Source: an uncultured Methanosarcinales archaeon
GTDB lineage: Archaea > Nanobdellota > Nanobdellia > Woesearchaeales > DATGWN01
DNA: 57,803 bases
NCBI GenBank assembly: GCA_964557345.1
Contig: CAZKZU010000004.1
Coordinates: 1 to 57,803 of the forward strand
Direction: 5' to 3'
Shown: in pieces, positions 16,336 to 26,570 of the stretch
Layout: each line of letters begins with the position of its first letter
Position numbering within the stretch: the first letter of the stretch is position 1
Program-made: the position numbers and the translations under genes
Notes under the pieces: model-generated
Seen by the model: the letters and a program-made list of their open reading frames with translations, nothing else
What the model was told of the DNA's origin: nothing
Database searches by the model: none

Positions 16336-19302
16336 ATGATTAGTGTAATAGATAAACCTAATGAAGATTCTGAGATTTATCATATTTTAAATCCATTAGT
16401 TAAGAAGTGGTTTTCTTCCAAATTTCCGTCATTTGCACTTCCACAGAAGTATGGAGTGATGCCAATTCATTGTAGAGAGAATATTTTGATTTCTTCGCCT
16501 ACTGGATCGGGTAAAACACTTACTGCGTTTTTATCGGTTTTAAATGATCTTGTTGATAATGCCGAAAAAGGAATCTTAGAAAACAAAGTTTATTGCATTT
16601 ATATTTCTCCATTAAAAGCGCTTGGATCTGATATTAAGCATAATCTTCTTCGACCACTTGAGGAAATGGAAGAAATTGCAGGTAAAAAATTTGGAATAAA
16701 GGTAAGCATTCGTACTGGAGATACCACTGCTTATGAAAAGCAAAAGATGCTAAAAACTGTACCACATATTCTAATTACTACTCCAGAAAGTCTTGCGTTA
16801 ATGCTTGCGTCGCCTAAATTTAAAGAAAATATACAAAAAGTAGATTGGGTTATTATCGATGAAATTCATGCAATGGCTGAAAATAAAAGAGGAGCACATC
16901 TTAGTTTATTTCTTGAGCATTTGCAACATTATAATCCAGGAATGGCAAGAGTTGGACTTTCTGCAACAGTTTCTCCGCTTGATGAAGTTGCAAAATATTT
17001 AGTTGGAACTAATCGAGATTGTAAGGTTGTAGATATTTCTTATATCAAACAATTGGATCTAAAAGTAATAAGTCCCGTCGAGGATTTAGTTAATACGGAC
17101 TATCATCACATACAAGAAAAAACCTATCATCTTCTTAATGATTTAATTCAATCGCATAAAACAACTCTTGTTTTTACTAATACTAGGTCCGCAACTGAAA
17201 GAATTGTTCATACGCTAAAACAAAAGTTTCCTAAAAGTTATGTTGAAATTAGCGAAGAAACTGACAACCCAAACCTGTCTTTGATTGGAGCACATCATGG
17301 AAGTTTAAGTAAGGATCATCGTTTTGATATTGAACAAAAGTTGCGTGATGGAAAGTTAAAAGCTGTTGTTTGCTCAACGTCACTTGAACTTGGAATTGAT
17401 ATTGGGTCAATTGATTTAGTTATTTTGCTTGGAAGTCCTAAGTCTGTTGCTCGAGCTCTACAGAGATCGGGACGAAGTGGCCACAAATTACACGCGACGA
17501 CAAAAGCAAGACTAATTGTAACCGATAGAGATGATTTAATTGAGTGTGCTGTTTTATTAAAAAATGCACTTGAACATAAAATAGATACTATTCGAATTCC
17601 TAAAAATTCTCTTGATGTGCTTGTTCAACACGTTCTTGGATTTGTGTTAAGTCAAGATATTGACGTCGATGAACTTTATGAAATAACAAAAAGAAGTTAT
17701 TGTTATGAAAATTTGAATTACGACGAATATTTAGAAGTAATTAGATATTTGTGTGGCTCATTTCCAGCTCTTGAAAATAGTTATATATTTGCAAAGATGA
17801 AATTAGAAAATAATATTTTATCTAAGCGTGGAAAAATGACACGAGTTTTATATTGTAGTAACTTAGGAACTATTCCTTCATCAGGCGGAATTCTTGTTAA
17901 AATTGGAGAGTATCCTATTGGTATGATTGATGAAGGTTTCCTTGAAAAATTAAAAAAAGGAGATACTTTTGTTCTCGGAGGAGATGTTTATGAATTTAAT
18001 TTTGCAAGGGGAATGACTGCACAAGTAATTGCTGCAAATCATCGTACTCCAACAGTTCCAAGATGGTTTTCTGAAACTTTACCACTTAGTTTTGATTTAG
18101 CAAATTGTGTTCAACATCTTCGAGGGAAAATGCATGATGCGTTTATTAAGCGAGAAGCGGAAAAATCTGTTGTCCACACTGGAAGTCTTTTTGCCGATAG
18201 CGATAGTTTTCTAAAAATGCTGCATGACTATCTTTATGTTGACGAGAATGCAGCAAAAGCTATTTTTAATTATAATGCAGAACAATATTTATTTAATAAG
18301 CAATCTTTTCCAAAAAATGACAATTTTGTTGTCGAAATATTTTATGACGATATTTTTAATACTCATAAACATTATCACATTTTCCATTCATTAAATGGAC
18401 GACGAGTTAATGAAGCTCTTTCTCGTGTTTTTGCATATATACTTGGGAGATACCATCATCTTGATATTGAAGTTGGATTAAATGATAATGGTTTTTATTT
18501 GGCGGCAAATAAAACTATTGAAGTTGCTAGATTACCTGAATTACTTGAAGAGCATGATTTTAGAAAGATATTAGAATATGCACTTGAAAATACTGAAATC
18601 CTTAGACGGCGATTTAGACATTGTGCAGAAAGATCATTTATGATTCTTCGCAGTTACATGGGACATAAACGTCGACTTGGAAATCAACAAGTAAGTAGTC
18701 AGATTCTCCTTAAAGCAGCTCGAAAAATAAGTCCTGACTTTATTATATTAAAAGAAGCACAACGTGAAGTAATGGAAGATTTAATGGACGTTTATAATGC
18801 TAAAAAGGTAGCTGAGAAAGTAAAAATAGGAAGACAAAAGCTATCGATATTTGATATGTCAATGCCAAGTCCATTTGCTATGAATTTAGTTTTACAAGGA
18901 TACTCAGACATTATTGCTGTCGAAGATAGACATAGATTTTTGCAAAATATGCATATGTTAGTTATGGCTAAAATATCTAAACACGATTCTGGAGCAAAGT
19001 TACTTGGAGCTAATTTTGAAGGAGGAATAGATACACCTAAGCTTTCATCGTTTAATTATGAAAAATATTGGGAAGATAAACAAAAAGAAAAAGAAGATGT
19101 TCTTAGAAAAGAATTAATTTATGCATTCCAGTGCAAGAAAACTCCTGTTGATGTAAAATTAGACGTATTACATTGCCTTGAAAATCCCGAAAAGAAACTT
19201 AACGAGAAATCAGCAGACTATTTTAAACAAGAATTCTCTGGTGTAGTTGATGCAATTTGGACTGATAAGATTGTTTTTACATTAAAGAAAATGTATTGGT
19301 GA
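16336..19302 (+). CDS. lhr: Lhr-family ATP-dependent SF2 helicase
   Basis: SPTGSGKT, YISPLKAL, RTGDT, ITTPESL, DEIH, GLSAT, FTNTR, HHGSLS, SLELGIDIG, QRSGRSGH, PTVPRW. Confidence 0.95.
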   Translation: MISVIDKPNEDSEIYHILNPLVKKWFSSKFPSFALPQKYGVMPIHCRENILISSPTGSGKTLTAFLSVLNDLVDNAEKGILENKVYCIYISPLKALGSDIKHNLLRPLEEMEEIAGKKFGIKVSIRTGDTTAYEKQKMLKTVPHILITTPESLALMLASPKFKENIQKVDWVIIDEIHAMAENKRGAHLSLFLEHLQHYNPGMARVGLSATVSPLDEVAKYLVGTNRDCKVVDISYIKQLDLKVISPVEDLVNTDYHHIQEKTYHLLNDLIQSHKTTLVFTNTRSATERIVHTLKQKFPKSYVEISEETDNPNLSLIGAHHGSLSKDHRFDIEQKLRDGKLKAVVCSTSLELGIDIGSIDLVILLGSPKSVARALQRSGRSGHKLHATTKARLIVTDRDDLIECAVLLKNALEHKIDTIRIPKNSLDVLVQHVLGFVLSQDIDVDELYEITKRSYCYENLNYDEYLEVIRYLCGSFPALENSYIFAKMKLENNILSKRGKMTRVLYCSNLGTIPSSGGILVKIGEYPIGMIDEGFLEKLKKGDTFVLGGDVYEFNFARGMTAQVIAANHRTPTVPRWFSETLPLSFDLANCVQHLRGKMHDAFIKREAEKSVVHTGSLFADSDSFLKMLHDYLYVDENAAKAIFNYNAEQYLFNKQSFPKNDNFVVEIFYDDIFNTHKHYHIFHSLNGRRVNEALSRVFAYILGRYHHLDIEVGLNDNGFYLAANKTIEVARLPELLEEHDFRKILEYALENTEILRRRFRHCAERSFMILRSYMGHKRRLGNQQVSSQILLKAARKISPDFIILKEAQREVMEDLMDVYNAKKVAEKVKIGRQKLSIFDMSMPSPFAMNLVLQGYSDIIAVEDRHRFLQNMHMLVMAKISKHDSGAKLLGANFEGGIDTPKLSSFNYEKYWEDKQKEKEDVLRKELIYAFQCKKTPVDVKLDVLHCLENPEKKLNEKSADYFKQEFSGVVDAIWTDKIVFTLKKMYW

Positions 19303-19309
19303 TGTAAAT

Positions 19310-19792
19310 TTATTGATCGTGATAGAAATATTTTCTAAATTCAACCATTAATTGTTTGCATTTAAAGTAATGTTCTGTAATTCGGTCAATATTTACTTCT
19401 TCTATAGAGCCATCTTGCATTTTAGCAGTCATTGTTACATGTCTTCTAAATTCTCTAGATGCTTCGTATTCTGCATTATGTACTTTTCTTAGATAAGAAT
19501 AGAAATTTAACATTTCTTTAATCAATTCATCGTTTGGATATAATCTTTTTACTTCGTTAACTCTTGCACCAGGTGCTGAAGGCATTTCAAAAATTTGGCC
19601 TCTATCTTCAGCGACTTTTAGAAGTCCTTCAATAACATGATCAAAACAAGCAATCATTCTATTAATTGTATTTTTAATTACATCAACAGTTCTTGTATAT
19701 TTTAAACTTACGTAGATTAAATGGTCTACTCTCTTTAATTCATCTACGCCCTTGTCAAAATAAGATACTTCTTCATCTAAAAATCTAGTCAT
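19310..19792 (-). CDS. Hypothetical helical protein
   Basis: ELKRVDHLIYVSLKYTRTVDV...EFRRHVTM; ATGA overlap with the upstream gene. Confidence 0.7.
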   Translation of the reverse strand: MTRFLDEEVSYFDKGVDELKRVDHLIYVSLKYTRTVDVIKNTINRMIACFDHVIEGLLKVAEDRGQIFEMPSAPGARVNEVKRLYPNDELIKEMLNFYSYLRKVHNAEYEASREFRRHVTMTAKMQDGSIEEVNIDRITEHYFKCKQLMVEFRKYFYHDQ

Positions 19793-20271
19793 TGTTTTTC
19801 ACTCACTGGTTTAATTGCGTTTTCTATTTCATGCACAAACGCTTTGCATGTATCAATATATTTTTTTATGTCAGCTGGAGTAACTTTTTTTAAATTTTCA
19901 AAATCATCCGCTATTATATAATTTTCTTTTCGTTGAAATTCAGTTGAAGCATTTTGTCTTGCATCAACCAGGTTTTTTATTTCCACCAAAACTTTAAGGT
20001 ATTTCGCATCTAGTTTATATTTCTTTTGGACTTTATCAGTATAAATGTCTATAATGATGTCTGGATTTTTAGAAAAAGGAGGGATTTTTTTTAATGAACG
20101 CTCATAGTACAGAATTGATTCAACTGCACTCATGTATGCAAGATTAATATTTTCTAATATGGAAAGAAGAAGTTTTGGTTCTTTTAACATAGCGTATGTG
20201 TTTCCAAGCATATATTCTGCAACGTAGATTTTTTTTCTCGCGGTATCGATTTTCAACGCAAACTCTTCCAT
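19789..20271 (-). CDS. Hypothetical helical protein, possibly a distant paralog of 19310..19792
   Basis: Same length (160 aa) and similar helical pattern; EFQR vs EFRR. Confidence 0.7.
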   Translation of the reverse strand: MEEFALKIDTARKKIYVAEYMLGNTYAMLKEPKLLLSILENINLAYMSAVESILYYERSLKKIPPFSKNPDIIIDIYTDKVQKKYKLDAKYLKVLVEIKNLVDARQNASTEFQRKENYIIADDFENLKKVTPADIKKYIDTCKAFVHEIENAIKPVSEKQ

Positions 20272-20398
20272 TTATTGAAGAAATAGGAAGGACATTTATA
20301 TACTTTTACCCTATGAAACATATTTATTTTCGCTTTTGCTATTGCAAAGGAAGAATAAAGGAATAATTATATAAATAAAAAAGGGTTTTCTTTAAAAT

Positions 20399-20770
20399 AT
20401 GGTATATTATAATCTTAGTGGAATTTACGCATTTTGCGGAAATAAAGGAGAATTAGATGCTGTTGTAGATATTGACGGAGCAGGAAATATTTCAGGATCT
20501 ATAAAAGATACTTCATATACTAAAGTTGTTTCTAGAGGAGAAGTAATGGGAAAATTAACTGTAGAAGAACTTGGAGTAAGTAATGTTTTAGAACTAATTA
20601 TTCAAATAAATAGAAGTGCATGGGATGACTCAAAAATAAGACTTACGAATAAAACCTTAGGCATATCCGGCATTTATGAAACCCCTAAAAAGGCGGAAGA
20701 TGTATTTGGTAAAGCTCAATTACAAAGTGTTGAATTAACTACTATTTTAGATCCTGTAAAAAAAGATTAA
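20399..20770 (+). CDS. Hypothetical beta-rich protein (paralog 1)
   Basis: Shares Y...G.Y, G.ISGSI.D, LE and S.I...I.G.Y with the downstream ORF. Confidence 0.6.
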   Translation: MVYYNLSGIYAFCGNKGELDAVVDIDGAGNISGSIKDTSYTKVVSRGEVMGKLTVEELGVSNVLELIIQINRSAWDDSKIRLTNKTLGISGIYETPKKAEDVFGKAQLQSVELTTILDPVKKD

Positions 20771-20819
20771 AAATTATATCCGAAATATATATTAATAACA
20801 GGTAAAATATTAATTTAAA

Positions 20820-21269
20820 ATGGCAACTAAAGAATTAACAGAATACAAGTTTAATGGGACATATACTCATGAAAATGGAAAATATGCACTAGTAGGAAAA
20901 TTATATATCTCTCAGGTTGGAGAAATTTCAGGCAGTATACAGGATGAAGGACCACTTCATAAAGGAGCTAGTTTAACTGCAGAAGGCGGAGTCATATCTT
21001 TTGAAGGCGCGTCACATTTAGAAATACTATTGTATAACTCTGGATCACGATTTGTTAATTCTCGAATAAGTGCAGAAAAGTTAGGCAATCTTATTGCAGG
21101 TGCATATCAAGGCATTTTAGCACCTGCTGAAAAAGTTACTTCTGAAAAAAATCTTGGAACAAAAGCTTATGGAAATGGAGTAAATGCAAAATCTGTTTTA
21201 AGAGAATGCTTAGTTCCGGTTTTTAATAGAAATAATTATAACTTTATTGTTATCGAGCTAAACAAGTAA
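20820..21269 (+). CDS. Hypothetical beta-rich protein (paralog 2)
   Basis: GEISGSIQD vs GNISGSIKD in the upstream ORF. Confidence 0.6.
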   Translation: MATKELTEYKFNGTYTHENGKYALVGKLYISQVGEISGSIQDEGPLHKGASLTAEGGVISFEGASHLEILLYNSGSRFVNSRISAEKLGNLIAGAYQGILAPAEKVTSEKNLGTKAYGNGVNAKSVLRECLVPVFNRNNYNFIVIELNK

Positions 21270-21368
21270 GGTAAATAATTATGCATATAATATTTGACTA
21301 ATTATCATTCTGCAGAAAAACTTTAACAATATAAACAAATTAATTAAACAAAAAAACTAAAATACTAC

Positions 21369-21719
21369 TTATTTCTTTAATTTAAGAATTGCTTCTGCTA
21401 AATCGCCTTGTGTTATTTCAATAGTCAATTTTGCTAATTCTTTTGAAACGCCAGTTTGATCTACAACAGTTTGAATGTCATCATCACTAATTACTAATTC
21501 TGCTTCTTCTTCGTCTTCTAATGATTCTTCTCTTGGTGATCCAACTACTTGATATGTCTCTTGACCCATCATAGTAATTTTAGAAACATTTGGATTTCGA
21601 AAAACTAATTTTCTGTCTTTTAAAACCATAATTATTTCGGAAACGTCCATTTCTGTTTGGTTCATTCCCATTTTACGCATCATTTGTTGCGCTTGTCTAG
21701 AATTCATTCCTGGCATCAT
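21369..21719 (-). CDS. nac: Nascent polypeptide-associated complex protein (archaeal NAC)
   Basis: MMPGMN.RQ..QMMRKMG, NP.V....MMGQETYQVVG; C-terminal UBA DIQTVVDQTGVS...GDLAEAIL.L. Confidence 0.93.
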   Translation of the reverse strand: MMPGMNSRQAQQMMRKMGMNQTEMDVSEIIMVLKDRKLVFRNPNVSKITMMGQETYQVVGSPREESLEDEEEAELVISDDDIQTVVDQTGVSKELAKLTIEITQGDLAEAILKLKK

Positions 21720-21802
21720 TGTGAGTTTTGTATAACTGATTTTTAAAAAATTATAAGTTTGTGTTTATCATCAGATTAATTAATCTAAATTATGTATATT
21801 AA

Positions 21803-21970
21803 TTAAACCCAATTTTGACCGAAATAATGTAATGCGCCAATTAGTATTATTACTATTATAACTGCAGCAACTACATGACCAGGTTTTAGGTGAAATTTAC
21901 TGTGAGTTTCTTCTGAAAAGTTTACTACACCAGCAGTACTGCTTGGCATTCTCATTTTATTGTCTGACAT
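21803..21970 (-). CDS. secG: Preprotein translocase subunit Sec61-beta (archaeal SecG); missing from the ORF track
   Basis: Translates to MSDNKMRMPSSTAGVVNFSEETHSKFHLKPGHVVAAVIIVIILIGALHYFGQNWV* (55 aa): P.S.AG...F...S....P followed by one TM helix. Confidence 0.85.
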   Translation of the reverse strand: MSDNKMRMPSSTAGVVNFSEETHSKFHLKPGHVVAAVIIVIILIGALHYFGQNWV

Positions 21971-22063
21971 AAATACAGAAGTTATTGGGGCCTTTTTAAA
22001 TATTTCGCGGGTTTAATGGTAATATCGCTAATCGTATCAAATTAAAACAGATAATCAAATCGT

Positions 22064-22267
22064 TTAAGAATATTTTTGAGGAGGAGTTACTTGACCTGGT
22101 TGATAAGGCGGATCTTGATATCCTGGAAATGCCAATCTTGTTGTAGCAGGTTCAACTTTCCCATCATTATCGACTAGTGCACCTAAATCTTTTTGCCTTG
22201 GAGGACAGGGTAAACGAGTTCTTGCTCTTTCTTCAGCCATTAATTTATAGACCCATCTTGGTATCAT
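22064..22267 (-). CDS. Small proline-rich hypothetical protein
   Basis: ATG with an upstream TTATATA box; no family recognised. Confidence 0.35.
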   Translation of the reverse strand: MIPRWVYKLMAEERARTRLPCPPRQKDLGALVDNDGKVEPATTRLAFPGYQDPPYQPGQVTPPQKYS

Positions 22268-22542
22268 ATGAATATTGAAATAAATATTAATATATAAGGT
22301 TTACTAAAAAATAATTATTATATTTTGTAAGTATATTTATATTGTTTAATAACCTACTCTTAATTTAATTTTTTAGATTATGTTTTTTCTCTGACTTCGC
22401 ATATTCGAGAAAATCAAAGAAAAAATAAAGTACTTTAGTAATATAATAATCACTTTTTAGTTAGTAACATGTGTTTTGATTTTAAAAAAAACATAATATA
22501 TTTAAAGGGGTAAGAAAATGCAAAGTACAGGGGGAATTAAAT

Positions 22543-23052
22543 TTGCAACTAACAATCGATAAGTTTTCAGAACTAAACAAGATTAAAGAAGAGTTCACAG
22601 AAACTATGGGCGATATGCGTGAAGAATTAACTGATCACCTTGATGCAATCAACCAAAATAGCCTTGAAATTCAAGCTAATTACGATTATCTAGAAGAATT
22701 AAGCCAAAAGATAGATAAAATTAATAATAAGCTAGACGAGCTTTATTCTATTGTTTTAAAAGGTCAAAACACTCAGCAATCATCCATCATATTTCCAGCT
22801 AAAACTGAACTTAGTCCAAAGGAAAAAGAAATATTCTTGGTTCTATACACATCAACTGAACCTTTAAGCCATGAAGAAATTGCTGCAAGAGCAGATTATC
22901 CTATATATTTAGTTGAAGATATAGTTGAGGCACTAGAAAGAAAAAAGATACTTTTGGTTAGAAAATATTTTGCAGGTAAATCATTGTTATTACTAGACGA
23001 AGATTTTAAGAAAATGCAAAATCAAACAGGTATGATTAAAGTTAGAAGTTAA
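22543..23052 (+). CDS. Coiled-coil + C-terminal winged-helix DNA-binding protein
   Basis: Heptad-rich N-half; LSPKEKEIFLVLY...LSHEEIAAR...V..LERK helix-turn-helix pattern; TTG start after GGGGG. Confidence 0.6.
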   Translation: MQLTIDKFSELNKIKEEFTETMGDMREELTDHLDAINQNSLEIQANYDYLEELSQKIDKINNKLDELYSIVLKGQNTQQSSIIFPAKTELSPKEKEIFLVLYTSTEPLSHEEIAARADYPIYLVEDIVEALERKKILLVRKYFAGKSLLLLDEDFKKMQNQTGMIKVRS

Positions 23053-23298
23053 GTTATTTTCTAAATTATTAGATTTATAGTTTTCTTGTTATTGAATACT
23101 TTAAAGGACACTTTTTTGAGCTTTTTACGCTCAAATCCGTTGTTTTGTTATTATTCTGAAGTTACGATAAACGTTATAAACTAAAAAAACTTCTTTTTAT
23201 TCAAGTTAAGCTAGAAACACTCTTATTTTGCTGCTGAAATAGTAAATTAAGATGTAACTTAAAAAAATTAGAAAATACAATAATTGCAAGGAAAAATC

Positions 23299-24069
23299 AT
23301 GAATCTTACAAATGCACAAAAACAATATGTCTTACGGGAGGCATTTAATGGAGGAATTCCTTTATTTGTTAGACATATTTATAATTCTGTTGAACAGCTT
23401 GAAAATGCAGTTCTTTCTACTAGACGTTTATTGTATGATCTTGAAAAAAGTCCCTCTGAATATTATTTTTGGTTTGTCAAAAACGGCAGAGGGGACATCA
23501 AGTCAAGTAAATCAAACGCAAATTCACAATCTAACCCCCTGCCGTATTTTGAGCACAGTCGGAATTCCGTAAATGGATCTGAAAAATCACCTGTCAAAAC
23601 TCAAGAGGAATTCCGATGTTTACAAAAACCGGGAGCAACCAATCAGCCATTTGAAACTTTATATTTTACTAATCTAAGTCATATTTTAGCTGTTGAAAGA
23701 CAAGAGACAGGAAATTCAAGTGAGAAAATTTGGTCTGAAAAAATTAAAGATGAGGATTTATTTAATAAAATAAAATCTAATACAATAACTTCTACTAGAG
23801 CATTACTTAATCAAAGATTGTTTGCAAATCATCCTGATTGTTTAATTACATATAACGAATGGAGTCAAAATATATACAATCCTTGGCAAATAAAGTTTCC
23901 TCTTCCTCAAGGTCAATTTTTGACTAGTTCAGTTTCAGATGAGCAAATTTATGGGCAAATTAAAGCAGGACTTGGAGATTCAATTGGCGAATTTTTGGGA
24001 TTATTAGATCAAGAAATAAGTCAGGAAGATAAAAATAAACTAAATAAGGACGGATTGTCTTTAGGATAA
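23299..24069 (+). CDS. Hypothetical protein
   Basis: Long intact ORF. Confidence 0.6.
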   Translation: MNLTNAQKQYVLREAFNGGIPLFVRHIYNSVEQLENAVLSTRRLLYDLEKSPSEYYFWFVKNGRGDIKSSKSNANSQSNPLPYFEHSRNSVNGSEKSPVKTQEEFRCLQKPGATNQPFETLYFTNLSHILAVERQETGNSSEKIWSEKIKDEDLFNKIKSNTITSTRALLNQRLFANHPDCLITYNEWSQNIYNPWQIKFPLPQGQFLTSSVSDEQIYGQIKAGLGDSIGEFLGLLDQEISQEDKNKLNKDGLSLG

Positions 24070-24077
24070 ATATTTGT

Positions 24078-24488
24078 ATGAGCCAAGATCAAAATTCAGT
24101 GTTAAAAAAAATCGTGTTTGGAACTACACTGGTAGGCGCGTTTATGTACGGTCACATTAAAAGTGCTGAAATTGTAAAAAAACAAACTGAACTTAAAAAA
24201 ATACCAGGAGTAATTTGCGAATTTTTTTCACTTGAAAGTAAACTTGAAGACGCAAAAAAGAATAATTTTGATTCATGTGAAAATATTGCAACAAATATGA
24301 ACAGGTATGGAATATTAATGCGAAACAATTATGTTAAAACAAAGTACACTGAAATTAATAAACTTCAGCAAGATAAAAATTTTTATTCGAGTATACAACT
24401 TACAGCGGGGTTAGTAGGGCTTGTAGTATTTTTTAATTATTTAACATCGACAGAGACAAGAAAAAAAGATCGTAAATATATAGTATAA
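24078..24488 (+). CDS. Hypothetical membrane protein (2 TM)
   Basis: Hydrophobic segments at both ends. Confidence 0.55.
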   Translation: MSQDQNSVLKKIVFGTTLVGAFMYGHIKSAEIVKKQTELKKIPGVICEFFSLESKLEDAKKNNFDSCENIATNMNRYGILMRNNYVKTKYTEINKLQQDKNFYSSIQLTAGLVGLVVFFNYLTSTETRKKDRKYIV

Positions 24489-24523
24489 AATATTAAGAAC
24501 AATAATATATTGAGGTAAATACA

Positions 24524-24853
24524 ATGAGTACAACTTTAACAGAAATAAAAACAGAAGAAACAGCTCAACAATTTATCGACGGAATAGTTATAAATTTATT
24601 ATCATTGAAGGATAGAGCAGAAAAAAGTAAAAATGATCCAAAAGATATTGATTATTTTTGTATTGCAAAAATAAGTTTGGATTTAATTGCAGAACTATCT
24701 CCTTTTACTAATCCTAAAACGCAAAAAAGTTATCAACAGCTTATAGATTGTACAGCAAACTTAAGAAAAACACAAGTTGCAACACTTTCGGATTATGAAA
24801 TAGCACAAACTGCAGTTAGAAATGTAATTACTGAAGTACTTGGATATAAATAA
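24524..24853 (+). CDS. Hypothetical protein
   Basis: GAGGT Shine-Dalgarno upstream; intact ORF. Confidence 0.55.
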   Translation: MSTTLTEIKTEETAQQFIDGIVINLLSLKDRAEKSKNDPKDIDYFCIAKISLDLIAELSPFTNPKTQKSYQQLIDCTANLRKTQVATLSDYEIAQTAVRNVITEVLGYK

Positions 24854-24922
24854 GAATTGAAGAGGATGTAGAGTGGGTTTTAAAAAATTTATAACTTTTA
24901 AGAAAGTATAATTTATAAAAAG

Positions 24923-24993
24923 AAGGAATAGCGGGAATCGAACCCGCGACGGAGGTGCCACAGACCCCCATGTTACCATTACACCACATTCCT
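24923..24993 (-). tRNA. tRNA-His (GUG)
   Basis: Minus strand AGGAATG TG GTGT AATGGTA ACAT G GGGGT CT-GTG-GC ACCTC CGTC GCGGG TTCGATT CCCGC TATTCCT T folds as a cloverleaf. CCA is not encoded. Confidence 0.93.
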
Positions 24994-25098
24994 TATGATG
25001 AACATTCAAACTTTGCTGAATGATGATTATTTTAAATGAAAAATTAATGATTTATAAGCTTTTTCTCTCACGTAATTTACCTTTACACACAACTTTCT

Positions 25099-25226
25099 CA
25101 AAAGTATACTGCCGAGTTCGCATTCTCCTAATAAATGTAATTACCATTACGCTCCGGGGAACATCCCGTCGCTATGGTTTAATGGTTAACGTCGTTAATG
25201 CTCACGATTTAGGCAGTATACTTTTG
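25099..25226 (-). mobile_element. TATAC...GTATA MITE-like structured repeat, divergent copy D
   Basis: 15 bp perfect IR CAAAAGTATACTGCC/GGCAGTATACTTTTG; shares subterminal GAGC/GCGA motifs with copies A-C. Confidence 0.65.
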
Positions 25227-25277
25227 GCTTCATCTTTGGTATAAGCTTTTGGTATTTTATCTAAATCTTTTGAAAAT

Positions 25278-26570
25278 CTAACCTTTAATTATCGCTGAGG
25301 CTTCGTCTACTGTTACTTCTTTTTGTTCGCCTGTGATTAAGTTTTTTAACATTAATTTGCCACTTTTTGCTTCATTTTCGCCTATTATTGCAGCGAATGG
25401 AATGCCCATAACGTTTGCATAGTCTAGATTTTTTCTTATTGTTCTTCCTACTATGTCGATTTCTGCATTGATGCCATTTTTTCTAAGAGCTGAAACTGTT
25501 TTAATTGCAGTTTTGTCTTCGTTAAGCGATATTACTAATATTTTCGTTACTGTTTTTATTGTTTTAATCTTTTCTGCTGCAACAAGTGCATCAAATATTC
25601 TACTTACTCCAAAACTAATTCCAACAGCAGGATATTCTTCTTTGCTTTCTAAAAAGTCGCCAATCATTTTGTCGAATCTTCCACCAGCACAAACACTGCT
25701 TGTGATTGCGTTGTTTTGAATGATTGTTTCGAATACAGTTCCTGTATAATAAGATAATCCTCTTGCTAACATTGGATTGAATTTAAGGCAAGTTACGCCA
25801 TACGCACTTGAAAGATTGAAAACTTCTTTTAGTTCAGCTATTCCTAATTTTCCTTCATCAGTTTTAATTAATTTTTCACATTCTAAAATAATTTCTTCAT
25901 TTGTTCCTTTGGTTAATTTTTCAAAATAATCAATCATTTTTTCTGATTCATCTTTATAATAACCTAAGTCAAGTAATTCTTTTACTAATTCTTCTTTTTT
26001 TAGTTTGTAGAATTTGTCAAGTACAAGTATGACTGGACCTTTATTATCGACGTTGAAATTGTCAAGAATTGAGTTCATGATTTTTCTATTGTTAATCATT
26101 ACATTTATTTGGAAATCGTAGCTGGAAAAGAATTGTTGAACAATACTAAGTAATTCTGCTTCAGCTTTCATTGATTTTGCGCCAACTACATCAATATCGC
26201 ATTGCCAGAATTCTCTATATCTTCCTGGACCAACTGGGCCATCTCTGTAAACTTTTTCCATTTGATATCTTTTGAAAGGAAATTTAAGTTGAGGATTTTG
26301 ACCGATTATTCTTGAAAATGGAACTGTAAGATCGTATCTAAGGCCTAATTTTCGCTTACCTTGATCTTCAAACTGGAAAGTTTCTTTTAGAATTTCCGCA
26401 CCACCTGCATATTTTGCAGATAATATTTCAACTCTTTCAATTGCAGGAGTTGTAATTGGATTAAACCCAGCACTTTCAAAATATACTTTTAACTTTGACA
26501 TAATTTCATTTAGTGCAATCATTTCTTCAGGCAAATAATCTTTAGTTCCTCTAGCATTTTGTAGTTCCAT
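25278..26570 (-). CDS. hisS: Histidine--tRNA ligase (eukaryote-like clade motifs)
   Basis: RGTKD, LRYDLTVPF, GRYREFWQCDIDVVG, LARGLSYYTG, AGGRFD, PAVGISFG.SRI. Confidence 0.96.
   Translation of the reverse strand: MELQNARGTKDYLPEEMIALNEIMSKLKVYFESAGFNPITTPAIERVEILSAKYAGGAEILKETFQFEDQGKRKLGLRYDLTVPFSRIIGQNPQLKFPFKRYQMEKVYRDGPVGPGRYREFWQCDIDVVGAKSMKAEAELLSIVQQFFSSYDFQINVMINNRKIMNSILDNFNVDNKGPVILVLDKFYKLKKEELVKELLDLGYYKDESEKMIDYFEKLTKGTNEEIILECEKLIKTDEGKLGIAELKEVFNLSSAYGVTCLKFNPMLARGLSYYTGTVFETIIQNNAITSSVCAGGRFDKMIGDFLESKEEYPAVGISFGVSRIFDALVAAEKIKTIKTVTKILVISLNEDKTAIKTVSALRKNGINAEIDIVGRTIRKNLDYANVMGIPFAAIIGENEAKSGKLMLKNLITGEQKEVTVDEASAIIKG

Noticed and set aside
22383-22425. Imperfect inverted repeat TTTTTTCTCTGA...TCAAAGAAAAAA
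   Set aside because: It consists mostly of A/T runs, which are expected by chance at this composition; there is no second copy.
24761-25244. ORFs 24761..25009(-) and 25020..25244(+)
   Set aside because: They run through tRNA-His and repeat copy D; the open frames are by-products of GC-richer non-coding sequence.
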